Part shown: positions 35,938 through 44,710 of the stretch, piece after piece
How the letters are laid out: every line of letters begins with the position of its first letter
Numbering within the stretch: the first letter of the stretch is position 1
Assembly: GCA_964634315.1 (NCBI GenBank)
Contig: CAZWIR010000001.1
Span: 17,317 to 68,165 of the forward strand
Source of the DNA: an uncultured Planctomycetia bacterium
GTDB lineage: Bacteria > Omnitrophota > Gorgyraeia > Duberdicusellales > 4484-171
Length of the DNA: 50,849 bases
Direction: 5' to 3'
Notes under the pieces: model-generated
Told to the model about the DNA's origin: nothing
Seen by the model: only the letters and a program-made list of their open reading frames with translations
Database searches by the model: none
Program-made: the position numbers and the translations under genes

Positions 35938-37692
35938 ATGGAAACAAAGATACTTATATGCATGGGTACAAGTGGAATTTCAGCCGGGGCTGAAGATGTG
36001 GCGAGAATTTTTGAACAAGAATTAAAGCATCATAAGCTGGCTGATAAATGTAAGATTATAAAGACTGGTGACCGGGGTTTATTTAGGGATGTGTTAGTAG
36101 ATATTATTAGTCCGGAACTTGGTAGGATTGTTTATGAGTATATTAAATCTGAAGATGTATCTAAAATTGTAGAGAGTCATCTTTTGCGGGGTGAGCCAGT
36201 AGGAGAATTACAGGCTAAGGGAGATTATGAACAGTTTTTCTCGAGCCAGATGCGAATCGTTCTTTCAAATTGTGGGGAGATTGACCCCGAGGATATAGAT
36301 GATTACATAGCTCATAGTGGTTATCAGACATTAAAGAATCTTTTTGGTAGGACTGGCGATAAGGTTATAGAAGAGGTAAAGAACTCAGGCTTAAAGGGTA
36401 GAGGCGGTGCCGGATTCCTTACCGGATTGAAGTGGCATTTTGCTAAGATTGCTGAGAGTGATGAGAAATATGTAATATGTAATGCCGATGAGGGTGATCC
36501 CGGTGCATTTATGGATCGCAGCGTCTTAGAAGGAGATCCTCACTCTGTAATTGAAGGGATGATTATTGCTGGTTATGCTATTGGTGCCAGTGCTGGATAT
36601 ATCTATTGCCGTGCTGAATATCCATTAGCCATAAAGAGATTAAACAAGGCAATATTGCAAGCTAGAGAAAGAACCTATTTGGGAAAAAATATTCAAAATA
36701 GTAATTTTTCGTTTGATATTAATATAAAAGAAGGTGCTGGTGCATTTGTTTGTGGTGAGGAGACAGCTCTTATAGCGTCTATTGAAGGACGTCGGGGTAT
36801 GCCAAAGCCTAGGCCACCATTTCCTGCGCAAGAAGGGTTATGGGGCAAACCTACTCTGATTAATAACGTAGAAACATTCGCTAATGTAAGGCATATTATT
36901 GCAAAAGGCGCAGAGTGGTTTTCTGGGATAGGTTCTGAAAATAGCAAGGGCACAAAGGTTTTTGCTCTGGCCGGAAAAGTTAAAAATACCGGTTTGGTGG
37001 AAGTGCCTATGGGTACGACAATTCGTCAACTTATATATGGTCCTGGTGGCGGAATGGTGAATAAAAATATAGGCTTTAAAGGTGTGCAGATTGGTGGCCC
37101 ATCAGGCGGATGTCTTCCCGAAAGTCTCTTAGATACACCTATTGATTTTGAATCTATTACCAAGACCGGTGCGATTATGGGTTCTGGTGGTATGGTTGTA
37201 ATGGATAAACTTACCTGTATGGTTGATATAGCAAAATTCTTTTTAAACTTTACTGTAGCCGAATCATGTGGTAAGTGCGTACCTTGCAGGGTTGGCTTAA
37301 AAAGGATGTTGGAAGTTCTTGAAGATATTACTGAAGGTAAGGGCAGACAGGAACATATTAAGTTTCTGCAAGAGATGTCGGTTACTATAAAAGATACTGC
37401 TCTTTGTGGGCTCGGTAATACAGCCCCCAATCCAGTGTTGACAACTATGAGGTATTTTTTAGATGAATATAAAATTCATATAGCAGAGAAGGCCTGTCCT
37501 TCTCACGTATGTTTAGAACTTTTAAAATTCGAGGTTATTAATGATAAGTGTGCTAAATGTGGAAAGTGTTTTGGAGTTTGTCCAGTTGGTGCTATTGATT
37601 GGAAGAAGAAAGAGTACGCAAAGATAAATAAAGAAAAATGTATAAAATGCAAGGCATGCATCAATGCCTGTCCATTTATGGCAATAGAATGA
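35938..37692 (+). CDS. NuoF/HydB-like NADH-binding FMN/Fe-S subunit with a C-terminal 2x[4Fe-4S] ferredoxin domain
   Basis: GRGGAGFLTGLKW (FMN/NADH), ESCGKCVPCRVG ([4Fe-4S]) and C-terminal CAKCGKCFGVCP / CIKCKACINACP. The N-terminal Trx-like domain appears to lack its cluster cysteines. Confidence 0.9.
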   Translation: METKILICMGTSGISAGAEDVARIFEQELKHHKLADKCKIIKTGDRGLFRDVLVDIISPELGRIVYEYIKSEDVSKIVESHLLRGEPVGELQAKGDYEQFFSSQMRIVLSNCGEIDPEDIDDYIAHSGYQTLKNLFGRTGDKVIEEVKNSGLKGRGGAGFLTGLKWHFAKIAESDEKYVICNADEGDPGAFMDRSVLEGDPHSVIEGMIIAGYAIGASAGYIYCRAEYPLAIKRLNKAILQARERTYLGKNIQNSNFSFDINIKEGAGAFVCGEETALIASIEGRRGMPKPRPPFPAQEGLWGKPTLINNVETFANVRHIIAKGAEWFSGIGSENSKGTKVFALAGKVKNTGLVEVPMGTTIRQLIYGPGGGMVNKNIGFKGVQIGGPSGGCLPESLLDTPIDFESITKTGAIMGSGGMVVMDKLTCMVDIAKFFLNFTVAESCGKCVPCRVGLKRMLEVLEDITEGKGRQEHIKFLQEMSVTIKDTALCGLGNTAPNPVLTTMRYFLDEYKIHIAEKACPSHVCLELLKFEVINDKCAKCGKCFGVCPVGAIDWKKKEYAKINKEKCIKCKACINACPFMAIE

Positions 37693-39764
37693 TTAACTTA
37701 ACTATTAATAATACAAAGATAAAGGTAAAAGAAGGTAGGACAGTGCTTGAGGCAGCGCTTGATGCTGGGATATATGTGCCTAATTTATGTTATCATCCCG
37801 ATATATCTCCTATAGGCGCATGTCGCTTATGTATTGTCGAAATTGATGGCATGAGGGGATTTCCGACTTCTTGTACTACAACGGTAAGAGATGGGATGGT
37901 TGTTCATACTAATACCCCAAGAGTCCAAGAATTAAGAAAGGACATTATTTGGTTTATTTTGAGCGAACACCCAGCAGAAATAGATAAGTCATCTCAGCTA
38001 AAAAAGGTTGTTGATTGGGTAGGAATAAAGAATCCTCTTACCGGTTATGTTCCACATATAAGAAATTTACCGATAATTACAAGTGAACCTTTATTTATTA
38101 AGGATCTTGACCGGTGTATTTTATGCGGCCGTTGCGTCAGTATGTGCCAAGAGGTAAGAAATGTCGGGGCTATAGGGTTTGTAAACCGTGGTATAAATAC
38201 GATTATAGGAACTAGTTGTAACCTAGGCATGGGAGAAGCTGGTTGTAAATTCTGTACGGCTTGTGTGGAAGTATGTCCTTCAGGGGCATTAGTCGATAAA
38301 AATAAGTTTGAACAAAAGGATCGCGAGAAAGTTCTTCTTCCCTGTAAAGATGCGTGCCCTGCCGGGATAGATATCCCGAGATATATAAGGTTAATTGCTG
38401 AAGGAAGGTTCCAGGATTCTTTGGAAGTGATTAGAGAGACTGTTCCATTCCCCTATATTTTAGGATGTGTATGTCATCATCCTTGTGAAGAAGTCTGTCG
38501 CAGGAGCGAAGTCAATGAGACTATGTCTATACGAGAACTAAAGAGGTTTGTGGCTAAGCAGGATTCAGGTAGGTGGAGATCAAAAATTAAGATTGCAGCC
38601 GATACAGGTAAAAAAGTTGCTATTGTTGGTTCTGGTCCTTGTGGGTTAACTGCTGCTTGGTTTCTTAGGCAATCCGGCCATTCTGTAACGGTATTTGAAG
38701 CTTTGTCAAAACCAGGTGGGATGATGAAAATAGGTATTCCTGATTACAGGTTGCCGGTAGAGGTTTTAAACCGTGAGATTAAAGACATAGAAAATATTGG
38801 AGTGATAATAAAGACTAATACAAAAATAGAATCACTTGATAAACTTTTTAATCAGGGATTTGATGCAATACTTCTGGCTCTAGGTGCTCAAAAAGGAGTA
38901 AAAATGGGTATTCCTGGTGAGAATGATCCGCGGGTTCTTGATGGGATTTCTGTATTACAGTCTATAAATCTCGGAGAAAAAGTGAAGTTCTCGGGTAAGT
39001 TAGCTGTTGTTGGTGGAGGAAACGTAGCCGTGGATGTAGCAAGGAGTGCACTAAGGGTCGGAGCTGAGAAAGTTAGTATTTTATATCGACGGACTCGAGA
39101 GGAAATGCCGGCATATTCAGAAGAAATAGAAGAAGCACTTAAGGAAGGGGTAGAGATAAATTTTCTTTTAACCCCACAAAAAGTTTTACCTGGATCTGGG
39201 AAGCTGAAAATAGAATGTATTCGAATGGAGTTGGGTGAACCGGATTCAAGCGGAAGAAGCCGTCCAGAGCCAGTTAAGGGTAGTGAATTTATAATCGAGG
39301 TTAATAAATTGATAATGGCTATTGGTCAAAAATACGTTGTTCCTGCTGAGTTTAATATTGAAACAGACAGAAAAGGAAAAATTAACGTGGATCAAGATAC
39401 CCTTGCTTGTTCAAAGAAAGGAGTATTTTCAGGTGGTGATGTAGTAAGTGGTCCGGCTTCTGTTATTGAAGCAATTAACGCTGGCAGAAATGTTGCAATC
39501 TCTATAGATGAATATTTGGGGGGGAAAGGACAGATTGAGCAAAGATTAATCCCTGAAGAGAAAGAAAGTCCTTGTTTAGGGAGAGAGGAAGGTTTTGCCT
39601 GCCGAGCGAGAGCTAAGATGACAATGCTTCCTGTTAACAGGAGATTGCATAACTTTTCCCAGGTAGAATATGGTTTTGACGAAAAGACAGCAGTGGAAGA
39701 AGCAAAAAGATGTTTGAAGTGCCAGTTGCGACTGGGGATGTCTAAGTCTGTTCTGCCTTTCTAA
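37689..39764 (+). CDS. Fusion of a NuoG/HydA-type N-terminal Fe-S module and a GltD/NfnB-like NADPH-dependent FAD oxidoreductase
   Basis: [2Fe-2S] NLCYHPDISPIGACRLCIVEI...SC, then CILCGRCVSMC / CKFCTACVEVCP. The GltD part has CKDACPAGIDIP...GCVCHHPCEEVC, VAIVGSGPCGLTAAW (FAD) and VVGGGNVAVDVAR (NADPH). I prefer ATG 37689 (ATGA overlap with the upstream stop) over the track start 37638. Confidence 0.85.
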   Translation: MINLTINNTKIKVKEGRTVLEAALDAGIYVPNLCYHPDISPIGACRLCIVEIDGMRGFPTSCTTTVRDGMVVHTNTPRVQELRKDIIWFILSEHPAEIDKSSQLKKVVDWVGIKNPLTGYVPHIRNLPIITSEPLFIKDLDRCILCGRCVSMCQEVRNVGAIGFVNRGINTIIGTSCNLGMGEAGCKFCTACVEVCPSGALVDKNKFEQKDREKVLLPCKDACPAGIDIPRYIRLIAEGRFQDSLEVIRETVPFPYILGCVCHHPCEEVCRRSEVNETMSIRELKRFVAKQDSGRWRSKIKIAADTGKKVAIVGSGPCGLTAAWFLRQSGHSVTVFEALSKPGGMMKIGIPDYRLPVEVLNREIKDIENIGVIIKTNTKIESLDKLFNQGFDAILLALGAQKGVKMGIPGENDPRVLDGISVLQSINLGEKVKFSGKLAVVGGGNVAVDVARSALRVGAEKVSILYRRTREEMPAYSEEIEEALKEGVEINFLLTPQKVLPGSGKLKIECIRMELGEPDSSGRSRPEPVKGSEFIIEVNKLIMAIGQKYVVPAEFNIETDRKGKINVDQDTLACSKKGVFSGGDVVSGPASVIEAINAGRNVAISIDEYLGGKGQIEQRLIPEEKESPCLGREEGFACRARAKMTMLPVNRRLHNFSQVEYGFDEKTAVEEAKRCLKCQLRLGMSKSVLPF

Positions 39765-39815
39765 GGTAAGGGGGCTAGCTTTTTGTTTTTGTGTCTTGTT
39801 TTTAAAAAGTTTTTC

Positions 39816-39844
39816 TTGACTAATCGCTAAAAATGCTGGATAAT
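39816..39844 (+). promoter_or_regulatory. Sigma70-type promoter candidate upstream of carB
   Basis: TTGACT (39816-39821), a 17-nt spacer, then GATAAT (39839-39844) with TG just upstream. Confidence 0.5.
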
Positions 39845-39860
39845 TATTTTCAATGTGGAT

Positions 39861-39911
39861 AAAAGCGTTCCTTTGCTAACAATGAAGTGAAGGGACGCTT
39901 TTTCTATTTTT
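39861..39911 (+). terminator. Intrinsic-terminator-like hairpin plus U-tract in the carB leader (possible attenuator)
   Basis: AGCGTTCCTT (39864-39873) pairs with AAGGGACGCT (39890-39899): 10 bp with one G-U, extendable by about 4 pairs into the loop. An A-tract precedes it and TTTTCTATTTTT (39900-39911) follows. The SD and the carB ATG (39926) come immediately after. Confidence 0.65.
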
Positions 39912-39925
39912 AAAGGAGGAGGGCT

Positions 39926-42900
39926 ATGCCGCGATACGAGGATATTAAAAAAGTTTTAATTATTGGCTCGGGTCCGATAATTATAGGGCAAGCCTGTGAG
40001 TTTGATTATTCTGGCACTCAGGCCTGTAAAGCCTTGAAGGAAGAGGGCTATGAAGTTGTTTTGGCTAACTCTAATCCGGCGACTATTATGACTGATCCTG
40101 GTACGGCGGATAAAACCTACATTGAACCTCTTACCGTTGAGAGTCTAGAGAAGATTATTGAGAAAGAGAGACCTGATGCTCTTTTGCCTAACTTAGGTGG
40201 TCAAACCGGTCTTAATTTATCTTTGAGTCTTTATAAATCTGGAGTTTTAAAGAAGTATCGGGTTAAAATGATTGGCGTTAAGGCTGACGTTATTGAACGT
40301 GGAGAAGACCGTCTTGTTTTTAAAGAGACAATGAAGAAGTTAGGTATCCCTCTTCCTAAATCTGAAATTAGTCATTCGGTTGAAGAAGCTGAGGTGATAG
40401 CTTCTAGAATAGGCTATCCGGTAGTATTACGCCCAGCCTATACAATGGGCGGAACTGGCGGAGGAATCGCTTATAATGTAGAAGAGCTAAGAGTTATTGT
40501 TACTCGGGGATTAGCAGTGAGCATTGTTCATCAAGTTTTAGTTGAACAGGCAGTAATCGGCTGGGAAGAACTAGAGCTAGAAGTTGTAAGGGACCATAAA
40601 GGTGCGAAGATTACTGTATGTTTTATAGAGAATATTGATGCCATGGGTGTACATACTGGAGATAGTTTTTGCTCTGCTCCAATGCTTACCGTAAAAAAGG
40701 AGATACAAGAAAAGTTACAAGATTATTCTTACCGGATAGTAGATGCAATTGGCGTTATTGGTGGGACTAATGTTCAATTTGCCTATAATCCTAAAGATGA
40801 TCGCATAGTAGTTATTGAGATTAATCCTAGGACATCCCGCTCTTCAGCTTTGGCTTCAAAAGCAACTGGTTTTCCAATTGCCCGCATTTCAACAAAGTTA
40901 GCTGTCGGATTATCAATGGATGAGATTCCTTATTGGAAGGAAGGAACTTTAGAGAAGTATGAACCTAGCGGTGATTATGTGGTTATTAAGTTTGCTCGCT
41001 GGGCATTTGAGAAGTTTCCTCAAGCAAAAGATATTTTAGGGACTCAAATGAAGGCAGTTGGTGAGGTAATGAGTATAGGAAAAACATTTAAGGAGTCTTT
41101 CCAAAAGTCCATCCGTTCTTTAGAAATAGGTCGGGCTGGTTTAGGGGTTGAGGAATTCAAAGCTTTCCCGATAGAAAAATTAAAAGGAAAGCTAAGCGTG
41201 CCTTCAAGCGAGCGTATATTTTTAATTTATGAGGCTTTGCGTAGGGGGTTTTTAGTTGAAGAGCTTCACAAAGTAACTCATATCCATTCGTGGTTTCTTA
41301 ATGAGATGAAGGAGTTAGCTGATTTTGAAGAGGAGATAATTAAGAATAAGTGGAAGGACTTGCCTGATCAGAAGTTAATTAAAGCAAAAGAGCTAGGGTT
41401 TTCAGACAAATACCTATCTCAAATTTTTAGGGTAAAAGAAAAAGAAGTAAGAGAGAAGAGGTTGGCTATTGGGAAGATCGAGTGCTATGACGCGATTCCG
41501 GTTAGTGGGGTAGAAAACGCAGCTTATTATTATTCAACATATATTGGAGAGGATAAGGTGTCAGTATCACCGAATAAAAAAATATTAATCATAGGTGGTG
41601 GGCCTAACAGGATTGGCCAGGGAATAGAGTTTGACTATACTTGTGTTCATGCAGCCTTTGCTTTGCGGGATGAAGGATATGAGTCGGTTATGGTAAATTG
41701 CAATCCCGAAACAGTGTCTACTGACTACGATACTTCCAATAAACTTTATTTTGAACCCTTAACTATAGAAGATGTATTAAGCATCTATGAAAAAGAAAAA
41801 CCAGAAGGTGTTATTGTTCAGTTTGGTGGACAAACGCCATTAAATATTGCTCAGCAACTAAAAGATAACGGAGTAAATATTTTAGGTACAACGCCAGAGA
41901 ATATTCGTTTAGCAGAAGATAGAGAATACTTCAGAGAGAGGATGATTGCCTTGAACATTCCCCAACCCGAGAGCGGTATAGCTCGGTCAGTGGCGGAGGC
42001 TGTAAAAATTGCCAATAAAATAGGGTACCCACTTATGGTTCGTCCTTCTTTTGTTTTAGGGGGTCGGGGTATGAAAATTATCTATAACGAAACAGTGTTA
42101 CGAAAGTATGCTGAGGAAGCTATCAAGGTAAGTCCGGAATTTCCTATGCTTATTGACAGATTCCTAGAACATGCTATTGAAGCTGAAGTTGATGCTCTTG
42201 CTGATGGAGAGAATGCTCGTGTTGTGGCAGTAATGGAACACATAGAACTTGCCGGGGTTCATTCTGGCGATTCTGCTTGTGTGATTCCAACCAGGACAAT
42301 TAAAGAGGAATACCTAAAGACTATTGAGGAATATACTATTAAAATTGCAAAGGAACTCAAAGTTATTGGGTTGATAAATATCCAGTATGCTATTTGTGAC
42401 GATAAGGTATATATTTTAGAAGCTAACCCTAGAGCGTCTCGAACAGTACCCTTGGTGTCAAAAATCATGGCAATTTCTATGGCTCGGATTGCAACTCAAT
42501 TGATGCTCGGTAAGAAACTGAAGGATTTTCCTGAGCTCGAAAAAATTCACAAAGTTCCTTATGTTGGAGTTAAAGAGGCAGTTTTCCCTTTTAATATGTT
42601 TCCCGAAGTAGATCCTCTATTAGGTCCTGAAATGAGGGCTACCGGAGAGGTAATGGGAATTGCTGATACTTTTGGACTTGCTTTCTATAAAGCTCAAGTG
42701 GCTGCAAATTTAAAGCTTCCTACAGAGGGAAATATTTTGCTTACCGTAACCGACAAAGATAAAACGGAGCTAATTCATATAGCTAAGGGATTTGATAAGC
42801 TTGGCTTTAACATTTATGCTACTGAAGGAACTAGTCGCTTCCTTAAAGAAAACGGTATAGACAATACCGAAGTGAAGAAGCTTCATGAGGGAAGGCCCAA

Positions 42901-43144
42901 TCTTTCTGATGCGATCAAAAATGGAGATATCAATCTAATTATAAATACACCTGTTGGGAGTAATAGCAAGTACGATGATAGCTATATTCGTATTATGGCT
43001 ATTCAACAGAAGATTCCTTATATTACATCTATGGCTGCCGCCGGAGCTAGTCTTGAAGGGATTGAGGCGATTAGGGGTAAGAAAATTTTACCAAAGTCTC
43101 TTCAGGAGTACCACAAAGAAATAAAGGGGGACAATAATGGCTAA
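39926..43144 (+). CDS. carB: Carbamoyl-phosphate synthase large subunit
   Basis: 1072 aa. Duplicated ATP-grasp halves ([20 protein letters not shown] and [15 protein letters not shown]), an oligomerisation domain and an MGS-like C-terminal domain. Confidence 0.97.
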   Translation: MPRYEDIKKVLIIGSGPIIIGQACEFDYSGTQACKALKEEGYEVVLANSNPATIMTDPGTADKTYIEPLTVESLEKIIEKERPDALLPNLGGQTGLNLSLSLYKSGVLKKYRVKMIGVKADVIERGEDRLVFKETMKKLGIPLPKSEISHSVEEAEVIASRIGYPVVLRPAYTMGGTGGGIAYNVEELRVIVTRGLAVSIVHQVLVEQAVIGWEELELEVVRDHKGAKITVCFIENIDAMGVHTGDSFCSAPMLTVKKEIQEKLQDYSYRIVDAIGVIGGTNVQFAYNPKDDRIVVIEINPRTSRSSALASKATGFPIARISTKLAVGLSMDEIPYWKEGTLEKYEPSGDYVVIKFARWAFEKFPQAKDILGTQMKAVGEVMSIGKTFKESFQKSIRSLEIGRAGLGVEEFKAFPIEKLKGKLSVPSSERIFLIYEALRRGFLVEELHKVTHIHSWFLNEMKELADFEEEIIKNKWKDLPDQKLIKAKELGFSDKYLSQIFRVKEKEVREKRLAIGKIECYDAIPVSGVENAAYYYSTYIGEDKVSVSPNKKILIIGGGPNRIGQGIEFDYTCVHAAFALRDEGYESVMVNCNPETVSTDYDTSNKLYFEPLTIEDVLSIYEKEKPEGVIVQFGGQTPLNIAQQLKDNGVNILGTTPENIRLAEDREYFRERMIALNIPQPESGIARSVAEAVKIANKIGYPLMVRPSFVLGGRGMKIIYNETVLRKYAEEAIKVSPEFPMLIDRFLEHAIEAEVDALADGENARVVAVMEHIELAGVHSGDSACVIPTRTIKEEYLKTIEEYTIKIAKELKVIGLINIQYAICDDKVYILEANPRASRTVPLVSKIMAISMARIATQLMLGKKLKDFPELEKIHKVPYVGVKEAVFPFNMFPEVDPLLGPEMRATGEVMGIADTFGLAFYKAQVAANLKLPTEGNILLTVTDKDKTELIHIAKGFDKLGFNIYATEGTSRFLKENGIDNTEVKKLHEGRPNLSDAIKNGDINLIINTPVGSNSKYDDSYIRIMAIQQKIPYITSMAAAGASLEGIEAIRGKKILPKSLQEYHKEIKGDNNG

Positions 43145-44654
43145 GCGCTCAGGCTTTGATAATGAAAAATACCTCAAAGAGCAAACTGAAGCTATACTAG
43201 AGCGAGTCGAAAGGTTTGACAATAAGCTTTACTTAGAATTTGGTGGCAAGATTATTTTTGATTACCATGCTTCACGAGTCTTACCGGGATTTGATCCTAA
43301 TGTAAAGATGAGGCTTCTGCAAAAGCTTAAAGACAAAGCCGATATTATTCTTTGTATTTATGCTGGTGATATCGAAAGAAGAAAAGTTAGGGCTGACTTT
43401 GGTATTACCTATGATGTTGATGCTTTAAAGTTAATTGATGATTTAAGAAGTTGGGATATCAATATAGCCGCTGTAGTAATAACTCGCTTTGATAATCAAA
43501 CTTCTGCTATAATTTTTAAAAATAAATTAGAGCGTAGGGGCATAAAAGTTTATACCCACTCATTCACTAAGGGTTACCCTACAGATGTGGATTCAATTGT
43601 AAGTGATGAGGGCTATGGTGTAAATGCTTATATTGAGGTTAATAAGCCTTTGGTTGTAGTTACTGGTCCTGGGCCAGGAAGCGGAAAGCTCGCTACTTGC
43701 CTTTGTCAGCTTTACCATGAGTATAAGAGGGGAGTAAAGGCTGGCTACGCAAAGTTTGAAACCTTTCCGATTTGGAATATCCCTCTTAAGCATCCGGTTA
43801 ATATAGCTTATGAGGCAGCTACCGCAGACCTGCGAGATTTTAATCTTGTCGATCCCTTTCATTTAGAGGCTTACAAAAAAACAGCAATTAATTACAATCG
43901 AGATGTCGATGCTTTTCCTCTTGTTGAGCGTATAATAGAGAAAATCACCGGAACTGAATCAATCTATAAGTCACCTACTGATATGGGAGTAAATAGAGCT
44001 GGTTTTGGAATCATTGATGATGATGCTGTTAAGGATGAGGCTAAGCAGGAGATTATCCGTCGATTTTTTAGATATAGCTGTGAATACGCAATGGGTTTTA
44101 GTGATAAGGGGACAGTTCAGCGGGTTGAACAACTTATGGAAGAACTAAATCTTAAAGCTGATGATCGCTGTGTTGTTAACTCAGCCAATAATGCTCGTAT
44201 TGAGGCTGAAGATAAAAAGGAAGGGCATGGAGGGGTTTTTTGCGGTGCAGCTATAGAGCTTAAAAGCGGCAAGATAGTTACCGGAAAGAATTCAAGCCTA
44301 ATGCATGCAATAGCTAGTCTTGTTCTTAATGCTATAAAAGATTTAGCAGGGATACCGGATAAGATTCATCTTTTGGCGCCAACAATAATAGAATCTATAG
44401 GAAAGTTAAAGAAAAGCGTTTCTGGTTCTAAAACAGTAAGCTTGGATTTAGAAGAAGCCTTGATTGCTTTAAGTATCAGCGCTACTACTAATCCAACAGC
44501 TCAATTGGCGATGGAGAAACTCAAAGAACTTGGAAGCTGCGAGGCACATACAACTCATATACCTACGCCGGGCGATGAAGCCGGATTGCGTAAGCTAGGA
44601 GTTAATCTTACTAGTGAGCCAAAATTTTCTTCCAAGAGCCTTTTTATAACCTAA
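43137..44654 (+). CDS. UPF0371 / DUF1846 family protein (function unknown)
   Basis: Family-typical blocks: [70 protein letters not shown] and GKNSSLMHA. The ATG lies 8 nt inside the carB 3' end. Confidence 0.85.
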   Translation: MAKRSGFDNEKYLKEQTEAILERVERFDNKLYLEFGGKIIFDYHASRVLPGFDPNVKMRLLQKLKDKADIILCIYAGDIERRKVRADFGITYDVDALKLIDDLRSWDINIAAVVITRFDNQTSAIIFKNKLERRGIKVYTHSFTKGYPTDVDSIVSDEGYGVNAYIEVNKPLVVVTGPGPGSGKLATCLCQLYHEYKRGVKAGYAKFETFPIWNIPLKHPVNIAYEAATADLRDFNLVDPFHLEAYKKTAINYNRDVDAFPLVERIIEKITGTESIYKSPTDMGVNRAGFGIIDDDAVKDEAKQEIIRRFFRYSCEYAMGFSDKGTVQRVEQLMEELNLKADDRCVVNSANNARIEAEDKKEGHGGVFCGAAIELKSGKIVTGKNSSLMHAIASLVLNAIKDLAGIPDKIHLLAPTIIESIGKLKKSVSGSKTVSLDLEEALIALSISATTNPTAQLAMEKLKELGSCEAHTTHIPTPGDEAGLRKLGVNLTSEPKFSSKSLFIT

Positions 44655-44710
44655 ATTTAGATTATTTTAGTAGGTAGCATTGTAATATCAGGAATAACGG
44701 AGGTAATAAA

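Noticed and set aside
37026-37430. Minus-strand ORFs in the supplied track. These include 37026-37430 (134 aa), 7534-7926 (130 aa), 33751-34056, 46430-46738, 36693-36953, 1954-2178, 3838-4080 and all the other '-' entries.
   Set aside because: Each lies antisense inside a + strand gene with strong family motifs. Each has a low-complexity or odd composition and no SD or motif. They are typical shadow ORFs of an AT-rich genome.
37638-37688. Upstream extension of the NuoG::GltD fusion ORF (track start 37638, MYKMQGMHQCLSIYGNR...).
   Set aside because: The extension overlaps the conserved C-terminal ferredoxin domain of the NuoF-like gene. ATG 37689 forms an ATGA stop/start overlap and yields the family-typical N-terminus MINLTINN..KV.EG.T.L.A.
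39845-39925. The carB leader considered as a PyrR-binding attenuator or a riboswitch.
   Set aside because: I see no sequence resembling the PyrR binding loop, and the ~75-nt leader is too short for known riboswitch aptamers. It is kept only as a generic terminator/attenuator observation.
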